IMG/VR virus record: IMGVR_UViG_3300025529_000020
Span: 1-37,835 of that record
Source of the DNA: a virus
Length of the DNA stretch: 37,835 nucleotides
Reading direction: 5' to 3' (one strand)
How positions within the stretch are numbered: the first letter of the stretch is position 1; every line of letters starts with the position of its first letter. This document shows, one piece after another, positions 26,471 to 33,435 of this stretch. The notes under the pieces are model-generated. The model was not told the DNA's origin. It was given only the letters and a program-made list of their open reading frames with translations, and made no database searches. The translations under genes were made by a program, and so were the position numbers.

Positions 26471-26512
26471 TAGAAAAGGGGAACCCCGGGATAGTTCCCG
26501 GGGCCGATCGGC
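26471..26512 (-). terminator. Conserved terminator-RBS cassette H1 (CCCCGGGA..TCCCGGGG hairpin + CCCCUUUUCU + GUGGAGG)
   Basis: GC hairpin followed by T-tract on the minus strand, then an SD-like sequence; shares about 40 nt with H2 and the hairpin with H3. Confidence 0.6.
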
Positions 26513-26514
26513 GT

Positions 26515-26985
26515 TTAGTTGCTAGCGGCCACCGCTTCCACCACGTGAGCAGCAGGAGCGGTGACGGTCCACAGGACGTACTCGTCCGTGCTGCCCACAA
26601 CCTCCGCCGTGCGGTTGCCGGTCAGTCCCGGTTCCCCGTGCGGAACGTGGACCAAGAACCGGATGCGGTCCCGAGAGATGTGACCCACGACCTGACACCG
26701 AAGGCCGTGGTACGTGAACCACGTGCCCGGAGTCACGGCCTGACGGTCGTACGCCACGGCCGGGCGGCCGAGACGCGTCTTCGTGGGACGGATAGGAGGC
26801 TTCGTGCGGTGACGCGCGCGGTTCTCCTGGAAGTGCTTCGGATGCGCTTCCTTCACGTGTCGTTCGAACTCCGCCCACGAGGCGAACGGGAGGTCACACC
26901 GCGGCCGGAGTCCCCACGGGATGTCCAACGCCTCTGGAGTTTCCAACTGCAGCCTGCAGTGGGCGCGAAACGTCTCGATGCTCAC
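26515..26985 (-). CDS. Hypothetical Cys/His-containing protein (about 157 aa), moron-like
   Basis: GTG at 26985 with GGAGGA RBS; bracketed by the two related terminator cassettes; ORF-track N-terminus overlaps the upstream HTH gene and is rejected. Confidence 0.45.
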   Translation of the reverse strand: MSIETFRAHCRLQLETPEALDIPWGLRPRCDLPFASWAEFERHVKEAHPKHFQENRARHRTKPPIRPTKTRLGRPAVAYDRQAVTPGTWFTYHGLRCQVVGHISRDRIRFLVHVPHGEPGLTGNRTAEVVGSTDEYVLWTVTAPAAHVVEAVAASN

Positions 26986-26997
26986 GTGTCCTCCACC

Positions 26998-27035
26998 TAG
27001 AAAAGGGGGACCCCGGGAGTTGACTCCCGGAGTCC
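26998..27035 (-). terminator. Conserved terminator-RBS cassette H2
   Basis: CCGGGAG...CTCCCGG hairpin followed by CCCCCTTTTCTAGGTGGAGGA on the minus strand. Confidence 0.6.
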
Positions 27036-27049
27036 CATGGTGAGCGGGG

Positions 27050-27259
27050 CTAGTCGACGTGTCGCCACGTAGTTCGCTGGACCACATGGCGTGCCGCGCG
27101 CTCACTGATACCGAACGCCCTAGCGAGAGAAGAGAGTTGCGCACCAGCGGCATGAGCAGCGCGCAGCGCGCGGACCTTATCCGCAGTGAGCAGCGCTGCC
27201 GGGTTACGCTCCCCGACACTCGGCGGTAGTTCGCGTTGAGTCATCGTCGGTGTGCTCAT
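27050..27259 (-). CDS. Small helix-turn-helix DNA-binding protein (69 aa)
   Basis: ATG overlaps upstream stop (TGATG) with GGGGAGA RBS; HTH-like LSSLARAFGISERAARHVV. Confidence 0.5.
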   Translation of the reverse strand: MSTPTMTQRELPPSVGERNPAALLTADKVRALRAAHAAGAQLSSLARAFGISERAARHVVQRTTWRHVD

Positions 27260-27771
27260 CAGCTGTCTCCCCATAGTTCCCTCAGCGCACGTTCGGTGCG
27301 CGCGCGGATCTCTTCACGCTTCTTGTCGGTCTTACGCCGCACTCGGCTCAGCGCGTTCTGGGTACGACGCACCACGGACTTAACGCGGCTACGGCTAAGT
27401 GTCAGCGACTCGCCTTGCGTACGCTCCACAGCGTCCCGCAACGCGCCGAGGAGCCCGGTCAGGTGCGCGCGCATATCCCGCTCCTGATCCAACTCCGCCT
27501 CTAGGAGCTCAGCGCGCTCACGCAAATAGACGATCTCGCGACCATGCTCAGCACAGTCGGCGGAACGTGCGTGCGCTTCCGCGATACTGCGCTGAGCGTG
27601 GTTGGTCACGGCAGCCCATTGGGCTTGCCAGCGCCCCACTTCCTCGAGCGCGCGAGCGTACCGCTCCTCGAGCCGATCCAAATGCTGGAGAATGTGACGT
27701 GGTACATCCGGGACATTGTGGAGCGCTTCCCGGATAGGTGCGAACTCTCTGGCAGACCGCTTTGCGCTCAT
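27259..27771 (-). CDS. Hypothetical coiled-coil protein (170 aa)
   Basis: Arg/Glu-rich helical ORF, translationally coupled to the downstream HTH gene. Confidence 0.45.
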   Translation of the reverse strand: MSAKRSAREFAPIREALHNVPDVPRHILQHLDRLEERYARALEEVGRWQAQWAAVTNHAQRSIAEAHARSADCAEHGREIVYLRERAELLEAELDQERDMRAHLTGLLGALRDAVERTQGESLTLSRSRVKSVVRRTQNALSRVRRKTDKKREEIRARTERALRELWGDS

Positions 27772-27844
27772 CTGTACGTCCTTACGTGAGTGTTTACGGG
27801 GAAAACGGGCCCGGGACAGTCAGTGACCATCCCGGGCACGCTCG

Positions 27845-28540
27845 TTACTGCGACGCTGCTCCCAGAACACGGAGTACCGGGCGACGGTAGCTCACTGTAC
27901 GCCCCGCCATCTCTCCGCTTTTAGGCACAAAAGACACGTTCTCCAACACGAGGTCGCACCTTGCGGGACCACCCACCGCCGCAAGATCTTCCTGGTAGAG
28001 GTGGAGATAGCTCAGGAAATCCCAGCTCGCGGAGTGGAACCGGAACTCGCCGAGCTCCGGATCATCCGCCAGCCGGAACCGGATCTGCACATCCGGCTTG
28101 GGACCTCGACCTGCTTTTGCCGCGGCCTTCCGCTCAGCCAGCAGCTCCGGACACCCACACGGTTGACCGCGGCGATCCTCGTCCAGGAACGTGACCCCAT
28201 CGCACTCGTGAATACGAACACCGCCCAGTCCCCACAGAACGAGGCGAGCAGAGATAACGTCCGGGCTGGAGATGATCACCGGCAGCGTGTCGGTCTCAGT
28301 GATCACCTCCAGATTGTCTTCTTTAGCGGTGTCCCACTCGGCGACCTCTCCCCCGTACGCGCTCGCCACGGCGTTAGCGACTTCCGGGTCACCGGTGGTG
28401 ATACGCCACGTGGACAGACTCACCGGACGACCGTTGACGGACTTCCCCGAACGAACGCGGCCCACCACGTCGTCCGGGAACGTCATGCGCTTCTTAGGAG
28501 CCGCGTCGGGGTCAGTCTCGAAAATCCTAACTTTCACCAT
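27845..28540 (-). CDS. Hypothetical protein (231 aa), possible recombination partner of the adjacent exonuclease
   Basis: ORF two genes downstream of the RecB-like exonuclease; no recognisable motif. Confidence 0.4.
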   Translation of the reverse strand: MVKVRIFETDPDAAPKKRMTFPDDVVGRVRSGKSVNGRPVSLSTWRITTGDPEVANAVASAYGGEVAEWDTAKEDNLEVITETDTLPVIISSPDVISARLVLWGLGGVRIHECDGVTFLDEDRRGQPCGCPELLAERKAAAKAGRGPKPDVQIRFRLADDPELGEFRFHSASWDFLSYLHLYQEDLAAVGGPARCDLVLENVSFVPKSGEMAGRTVSYRRPVLRVLGAASQ

Positions 28541-28552
28541 TAGTAACTCCTA

Positions 28553-28777
28553 CTACTCGGTGCCTTCCTCGTCTTCGTCTTCCCGGATGCCCAACAGTTC
28601 AGCGATCAGCTCGTCCATGGGCGCGGTACCGTGAAAGACCACTTCACGCGCCAGCTCTACCGCCTCGTCACGTCCGATAAGCGGGACCGCGGCGGACAGC
28701 ACCTGCAGGCGTGCCACAGCCACTGCAGCACGCTCCAGGTCGTATCTAGCAGCATGTGACATGTGTTCAAATGACAT
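28553..28777 (-). CDS. Small acidic hypothetical protein (74 aa)
   Basis: ORF with acidic C-terminus EDEDEEGTE. Confidence 0.4.
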   Translation of the reverse strand: MSFEHMSHAARYDLERAAVAVARLQVLSAAVPLIGRDEAVELAREVVFHGTAPMDELIAELLGIREDEDEEGTE

Positions 28778-28786
28778 CTCGTTCTC

Positions 28787-29614
28787 CTAGGTTCGCCGCT
28801 GTGTGCCAGTCAACAACTGTCCGCCAGTCGCCAACGGGGATCCCAACACTGCCCGTGCCTCCTCACGCTGCCACGTGAGTGCCTCACGGAGCGCCAGAAA
28901 CACCTGATGCATTTCTGCATCCACTCGGACCGGTACCAGTGACCACCGCTCCGGGGTCACGTGGAGCACTGCGCCGCCATCCACACGCGGCATGTCCCGG
29001 GAAGTACCGTCTACGCCGATCAGGCGATCTGCGTACGCGTACGCGGACAACTGCAACGCAACAGTGGGATACACGTCACGGGACGTTTTCCAGTCCACGA
29101 TGATCAGATGCGGAGTCCCTGATCTGTCCGGGGTGGGGGTACGGTCCGGAGCCAGCCAGACACGCAGCAGAGCATCAAAGCTGCCTGCGTACCGAAACCT
29201 GTCCGACCACACCACCTCCTCAGCTGCCACGAGCTCAGGACGTACCGTGTCCAGAAACTCCGCAAAATGATTGCGGTACGGGACGAGGTCGTGCTCCACG
29301 TAACGCGGAGACTCCCCCCTGAGCATGCGCTCAAACAGATCGTGAGCTTTGCTGCCCAGCTCAGCTCGTGCTTGCGTATACCGCCGTGGCGCGGCCTTGA
29401 GCAGGTCTATCGCGGCGGTGGGGTCTGTCTGGACCAGGCCTTGTACCGTATTCCAGTTCTCCACCGCGTACGTTGCCACAGTTTTCGCGGCCCACGGTGG
29501 TAAGAAAGGCTTGTCCAGGACGCTGATGATAGAGGTTACCCCAGGCACTTTGGTGCCAGTGTCGGGGTCCACATACCAGCGCGCTCCCCCACGGGTGAGG
29601 GTTCGGATGGTCAT
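28787..29614 (-). CDS. PD-(D/E)xK (RecB/Cas4-like) exonuclease
   Basis: Motifs D...LIIVDWKTSR and QLSAYAYA (QxxxY); ATG at 29614 with AAAGGAGC RBS. Confidence 0.6.
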   Translation of the reverse strand: MTIRTLTRGGARWYVDPDTGTKVPGVTSIISVLDKPFLPPWAAKTVATYAVENWNTVQGLVQTDPTAAIDLLKAAPRRYTQARAELGSKAHDLFERMLRGESPRYVEHDLVPYRNHFAEFLDTVRPELVAAEEVVWSDRFRYAGSFDALLRVWLAPDRTPTPDRSGTPHLIIVDWKTSRDVYPTVALQLSAYAYADRLIGVDGTSRDMPRVDGGAVLHVTPERWSLVPVRVDAEMHQVFLALREALTWQREEARAVLGSPLATGGQLLTGTQRRT

Positions 29615-29635
29615 ATGTCGCTCCTTTCGCTGTAT

Positions 29636-29672
29636 TCCTAGTTACAGGTCCGCAGCGTGGGGAGCGCGCGTA
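29636..29672 (-). promoter_or_regulatory. Conserved motif site 3 (GTTACAGGTCC ... GGGGAGCGCGCG) with adjacent A5T5 tract
   Basis: First copy of a tandemly duplicated ~117-bp promoter-like unit upstream of the exonuclease gene. Confidence 0.5.
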
Positions 29673-29752
29673 CCGTGGCAGAAAAATTTTTGGTCGACGT
29701 GCTCCGCACCTGGTGAGGGTTCGGATCGCCACGTCGCCCCTTCCGGATCTGT

Positions 29753-29790
29753 CTCTAGTTACAGGTCCGCGGCGGTGGGAGCGCGCGGGT
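29753..29790 (-). promoter_or_regulatory. Conserved motif site 4 (tandem duplicate of site 3)
   Basis: Second copy: GTTACAGGTCC at 29758-29768, GCGCGC at 29781-29786, A4T4 tract at 29798-29808. Confidence 0.5.
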
Positions 29791-29883
29791 CGCGGCAGAA
29801 AATTTTCTGACCGACGTAGCTGCAGCGGGATGGGCACGGAGAGTGAGGGCATGCCCTACGCGGAGTAGAGGAGATGGGGGAGT

Positions 29884-29977
29884 GGTGACGAGTGACGATT
29901 TAGACCTTGTTTTTGTAGTGCTATAGGAGAACCCATAGAACAATGCAAAAACAGGGTCTACATCGTCACTCGTCACC
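29884..29977. repeat. AT-rich island B, bounded by perfect 16-bp inverted repeats GGTGACGAGTGACGAT / ATCGTCACTCGTCACC
   Basis: Perfect 16-bp inverted arms, inner inverted repeat AGACCTTGTTTTTG/CAAAAACAGGGTCT, AT-rich centre. Confidence 0.7.
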
Positions 29978-30048
29978 CCTGGACGAAGAAACCCCGCCAT
30001 CCGTGTCCGGACAGCGGGGCTTCTACGTCGTGTTACTACACCGCGTCG

Positions 30049-30732
30049 CTACCCCAGCGCGGAGCGCAGTACGGCCACGCTTTCTTCAAGCGACACTATC
30101 GCGGCCTGGATCGTTTCCCGCGGCTTACCGGTCAGCGCCACGGTGGCAGACACCGCATCCCTTGCCGCGGTCACGTTCCGTACGTCCTCAGCCAGCTGGC
30201 TCACCGCGCGCACCACATCCTCCGGTGGGCTGTCGGGGTGTACTGTGATGGCCTCTAGTCGACGTAGCGCAGTTTCCGCGCGCTGCCGCTGGCGCTCTCG
30301 GCGTTCCGCCTGCCGTTCTTTCGGCGGTGTCGGGGTGATGCCGTAGTGCGCCAGCGCTTCCGGCGTGTACAGTCCGTTAGCGCGCATGTAGTCGATCCGC
30401 AGCGCTGCCACGTGGTATCTGATCAGCGACTGTAGAGACGCTTCGGAGTCGCTGGGGATGCCGGCTTTCTCATACAGCTGCTGGACTGCTTCCCGGTATC
30501 CCGGGGACGTGCCGCACAGATCTGGCCAACCATCCTTATCCCGGTAGCGTGCCCGCAGATGCAGCACTACCAGCGCTAGGTTGCGTGCTGTTTGTGTCGC
30601 ACGGCCCTGCAGTCTCACATAGTCGCGCACCAGTTTTGCGCCACGGTCGATGAGCTCGTGTACAGGTGCGTCATCCTGGAACACCGTGGCCTCGTCATCT
30701 CGCGGTGGAGTTACCAGCTGTAGTTGTGTCAT
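30049..30732 (-). CDS. Hypothetical protein (227 aa)
   Basis: ATG at 30732; Arg/Glu-rich helical segment ERQAERRERQRQRAE. Confidence 0.45.
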   Translation of the reverse strand: MTQLQLVTPPRDDEATVFQDDAPVHELIDRGAKLVRDYVRLQGRATQTARNLALVVLHLRARYRDKDGWPDLCGTSPGYREAVQQLYEKAGIPSDSEASLQSLIRYHVAALRIDYMRANGLYTPEALAHYGITPTPPKERQAERRERQRQRAETALRRLEAITVHPDSPPEDVVRAVSQLAEDVRNVTAARDAVSATVALTGKPRETIQAAIVSLEESVAVLRSALG

Positions 30733-30760
30733 ACGTCTAGCATACCGGGTGGATACACAA

Positions 30761-30795
30761 GAAAGACCCCGTGACGAGATTCACGGGGTCTTTCG
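30761..30795. terminator. Terminator-like hairpin (GACCCCGTG...CACGGGGTC flanked by T-rich runs on both strands)
   Basis: 9-bp GC stem with AAAG/CTTTCG flanks, just after the stop of the HExxH peptidase gene. Confidence 0.55.
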
Positions 30796-30804
30796 TCCGT
30801 GTTG

Positions 30805-31464
30805 TCATAGGTCGTCTGCGGAACGGTACAGCTCCCCACACTGCGTACATGCCACGGTCTGCGCGTTCAGCACAGTGCGGGACAGCCATAGTGGTCGTTC
30901 CGGAACACAGCGGCACACCGCCTTCGGGCGACGGTTGCTGCTGTGCGGGGTACGTTTCGTTCCGGTGTTCCGTTCCGCGTTCCGTTCCGGATCGGCGTTC
31001 TCCCACTCGCTGCGGCCCACTGCGGCTTCCGCCACGCACGCGGCCCACTCCCCGATCTCGGTGGGGAGCCTCATGTCCGCGTACCCCACATCTTGAGGGG
31101 GGTTGCCACCGCGCCACTCCAGTCCCATGTGTTCCGCTAGTGCGCGGAACCGCGAGTTATGATATCGGCCGCGCTTGGAGGTGTCCGCAACCCCGAGAGC
31201 GTGTGCAAGGGCATGTGCCGCTTCATGGGCAACTTGGCACACCACCTCACGAGGGGGGCGAGCTAGCGCATCGGGGAGTGTCTGCAGCACGTGTGTGTCG
31301 CCAAGAGAAGGCGTGAACCGCAACCACGCGTTCGTGCGTCCGATGGTGGGGACTACGTTCACGGTGACTGCGGGTAGTTGTGGTTCTCGTTCTCGCAGCA
31401 GGTCCCAGATGCGGCGTAGGGTGCGCGCGGTGACTTGCTCTGGGCTCATCTGTGTGGTTGACAT
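30805..31464 (-). CDS. HExxH zinc metallopeptidase (SprT-like or ImmA/IrrE-like) with C-terminal Cys-rich zinc ribbon
   Basis: VAHEAAHALAHALG (HExxH) and C-terminal CRCVPERP...CTQCGELY; ATG at 31464 with GGGGGA RBS (start uncertain, the ORF extends to 31524). Confidence 0.5.
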   Translation of the reverse strand: MSTTQMSPEQVTARTLRRIWDLLREREPQLPAVTVNVVPTIGRTNAWLRFTPSLGDTHVLQTLPDALARPPREVVCQVAHEAAHALAHALGVADTSKRGRYHNSRFRALAEHMGLEWRGGNPPQDVGYADMRLPTEIGEWAACVAEAAVGRSEWENADPERNAERNTGTKRTPHSSNRRPKAVCRCVPERPLWLSRTVLNAQTVACTQCGELYRSADDL

Positions 31465-31561
31465 GCTGACATCCCCCATTCCTATGTGTGGAGTACAGTC
31501 TATCGGTTGCGCAGTATGGGGCAACGGCCCCGGGAAGCGTTACCCGGGGCCGCTGTCGACG

Positions 31562-32401
31562 TTACGCCGGAACTGTCGTGGCCAGTTTCCGTCGCGCGTC
31601 GCGTAGCACGTTCCTTCCCCAGCGGTCCGTGCGTCCGTAGCGGGTCCCGATTTCCGCTCCGGTGAGCGTGGTTCCGTTCCGGAGCTGTTCCGCGACCCAT
31701 TCGACAGCGGAACGGCGTTCCGCGCTGTGCGGGGGTACCACGGACACCGGAACGGTCGTAGGGGCTCCCTCCTCCACTACCGGAACGCGGACATTCCGTT
31801 CCTCGTCCCGCTGTTGTTCCTCGTTCCGCTCTTCGTTCCGCGCTGTTCCGCTCTTCGTTCCGCTGCTGTTCCGTTCCTCGTTCCGTTCCTCGTCCCCCGG
31901 TTGTTCCGTGTTCCGTTCCTCGTCCCGTTCCCCATTCCGCTGTTGTTCCTCGTCCCGTTCCTCGTTCCGCTCTTCGTTCCGTTCCTCGTTCCGCTGCTGT
32001 TCCGCCCTGTTCCGTCTACCTGCAGCAAGGGCCACCGACGCAACGACCACTAGTCCATCTACAGACAGTGGCAGCAGGATGGCCACAAGCTCCGACTCCC
32101 CGTACTGGAGCAGGAGCCCGCGCATGTGACCGTAGGAGACCACGGCCGCGGCCAGCGCTACGAGGAAAGCTCCCACCCACTCAACTGCGGACAGCAGTCC
32201 ACGCGGACGCTGTCCACGAACCATCATCTCTGCGACCAACAGCAGCGCTACCGGTGCCCATGCCGCAAACAGCATGGCACCGATGTCTGTTCCGTCCGCG
32301 TTCCGTTCCGCGGCGTGTGCCACGTTCGCGGCGATGCTGGCTCCTGCGCCGAGTAGGAACGCTGTCCAGGGGATGGCGTTTGATCTCGGTTTTCCGCTCA
32401 C
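31562..32401 (-). CDS. Membrane protein with central EERN tandem-repeat low-complexity region (start uncertain)
   Basis: Three or more hydrophobic helices, then (EERN)n repeats, then Arg-rich C-terminus; first possible start after the upstream gene stop is GTG at 32401. Confidence 0.45.
   Translation of the reverse strand: MSGKPRSNAIPWTAFLLGAGASIAANVAHAAERNADGTDIGAMLFAAWAPVALLLVAEMMVRGQRPRGLLSAVEWVGAFLVALAAAVVSYGHMRGLLLQYGESELVAILLPLSVDGLVVVASVALAAGRRNRAEQQRNEERNEERNEERDEEQQRNGERDEERNTEQPGDEERNEERNSSGTKSGTARNEERNEEQQRDEERNVRVPVVEEGAPTTVPVSVVPPHSAERRSAVEWVAEQLRNGTTLTGAEIGTRYGRTDRWGRNVLRDARRKLATTVPA
31790..32015. repeat. Imperfect tandem array of GTTCC(G/T)-containing units (about 12-bp period) encoding EERN repeats
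   Basis: Plus strand reads TTCCGTTCCTCGTTCCGCT... repeatedly; translates as EERNEERNEERDEE on the minus strand. Confidence 0.8.
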
Positions 32402-32514
32402 TCGTGGGTTCTCCGTTCCGTTCCGCTGTTTCCGTTCCGGGGCTTCCGTTCCGCCAGCGGTCCGGGAATTCCGTTCCGCTGGCGTTCCTCTACTTCCGTT
32501 CCGCTGGTGTTCCT
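32402..32514. repeat. Iteron-like array: five direct copies of TTCCGTTCCGC(T/C)(G/A)G (minus-strand CCAGCGGAACGGAA) in intergenic DNA
   Basis: Copies at about 32414, 32431, 32445, 32470 and 32494 between the stop of gene 32515..32937 and the start of the membrane protein gene. Confidence 0.7.
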
Positions 32515-32937
32515 CTACTCCCGCTCCGCCACTCGGTGACCGTGTTCCGTGGCCTCCACGTAAACCGCTCCAGCCTTCCGAAACGCCCTCAGCATCCCCC
32601 GCTCCAAGAGCGCAGTGATATGGCGTGCGGTTACTCCTGCAGCGCGGCACGCACTCGGCGACATGTGCAGCGCTCCGTTCTTGATGATGGTGCGCAGTGC
32701 GTTCCGCTGCTTCGCCGAGAGTGTGCGCGCGTTGAGCCGTCGTCCGCGACGCACTGCTTCCGCGGCCTGTTCGGGGGTTGTATACCGGAACGATAGATAA
32801 CCCACCCCCAACAGGTAGGCCCTCCACGGCCGAGCGGGGTTGTCGCCACGCCAAGAGACCAGGCCGATGATCTCGGGGCCGTTCTCACTGAGAACCACGC
32901 GCTCTGGGCGGGACGGGCGGTTGTTCTGTGTGGTCAT
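32515..32937 (-). CDS. Hypothetical protein (140 aa), possibly DNA-binding
   Basis: ATG at 32937 with GGAGG RBS downstream of terminator H3; Arg/Lys-rich. Confidence 0.45.
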   Translation of the reverse strand: MTTQNNRPSRPERVVLSENGPEIIGLVSWRGDNPARPWRAYLLGVGYLSFRYTTPEQAAEAVRRGRRLNARTLSAKQRNALRTIIKNGALHMSPSACRAAGVTARHITALLERGMLRAFRKAGAVYVEATEHGHRVAERE

Positions 32938-32967
32938 AATGTCCTCCTGTACGTCTGGTGGTGTGTA

Positions 32968-33006
32968 TGAAAAAGCCCCGGGATTTCCCCGGGGCCGATC
33001 GGCCGG
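32968..33006 (-). terminator. Conserved terminator H3 (GCCCCGGGA..TCCCCGGGGC hairpin + CUUUUUCAU) with adjacent GGCCGATCGGCC palindrome
   Basis: Same hairpin core and CCGATCGG element as H1. Confidence 0.6.
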
Positions 33007-33300
33007 TCAGGGCCGACGACGGCGGTTGATCACCACCATGTCGGTCTCGTCCTCACCCAGGAACAGGGCGAAGATCTGCCATTCGGCAATGGAGTCGTTG
33101 AAGCCCTCCATCTCATCGTTTTCATCGAACGCGATGAAGTGGCGGCCGTTGCCCAGCGGGCGGATGTAGCGCGCGAAGCGCTCCTCTCCGGAGATGGATT
33201 CGCGGAAGCCGATCAGGGTTCCAGCAGCCACGTCGTGGCCGTGAATGGTGTGGATGGGGAAGGAGCGGGCGGCGGCGTTGGCGGCGGCGAAGCTGGTCAT
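33007..33300 (-). CDS. Hypothetical acidic protein (97 aa)
   Basis: ATG at 33300 with AAGGAGGA RBS downstream of a sigma-70-like promoter. Confidence 0.5.
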   Translation of the reverse strand: MTSFAAANAAARSFPIHTIHGHDVAAGTLIGFRESISGEERFARYIRPLGNGRHFIAFDENDEMEGFNDSIAEWQIFALFLGEDETDMVVINRRRRP

Positions 33301-33353
33301 TGGATCCTCCTTGTGTGTGCGTTGGTGGGGTGTTTCCCCCTTCGTGTGATTCC

Positions 33354-33383
33354 AATATAGCAGACTTGCTCAGTACTGCGCAA
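33354..33383 (-). promoter_or_regulatory. Sigma-70-like promoter (TTGCGC - 18 nt - TATATT)
   Basis: Minus-strand TTGCGC AGTACTGAGCAAGTCTGC TATATT; spacer nearly identical to the promoter at 18496-18524. Confidence 0.6.
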
Positions 33384-33393
33384 CCAATAGGGC

Positions 33394-33428
33394 AGAAAAA
33401 GTGTGGCCAACGGAAACCCGCTGGCCAT
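33394..33428 (-). terminator. Intrinsic terminator after the kinase gene
   Basis: GGCCAGCGG-gttt-CCGTTGGCC hairpin followed by ACACTTTTTCT on the minus strand. Confidence 0.6.
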
Positions 33429-33435
33429 CCACTAC

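Noticed and set aside
31790-32015. Possible CRISPR array suggested by short repeated units
   Set aside because: Repeats are imperfect with a 12-bp period, no unique spacers of regular length, and lie in frame inside a coding sequence (EERN repeats).
32402-32854. N-terminal 151 codons of the ORF-track 430-aa membrane protein
   Set aside because: Overlaps gene 32515-32937 out of frame and is low-complexity; the downstream part is an iteron-like intergenic array.
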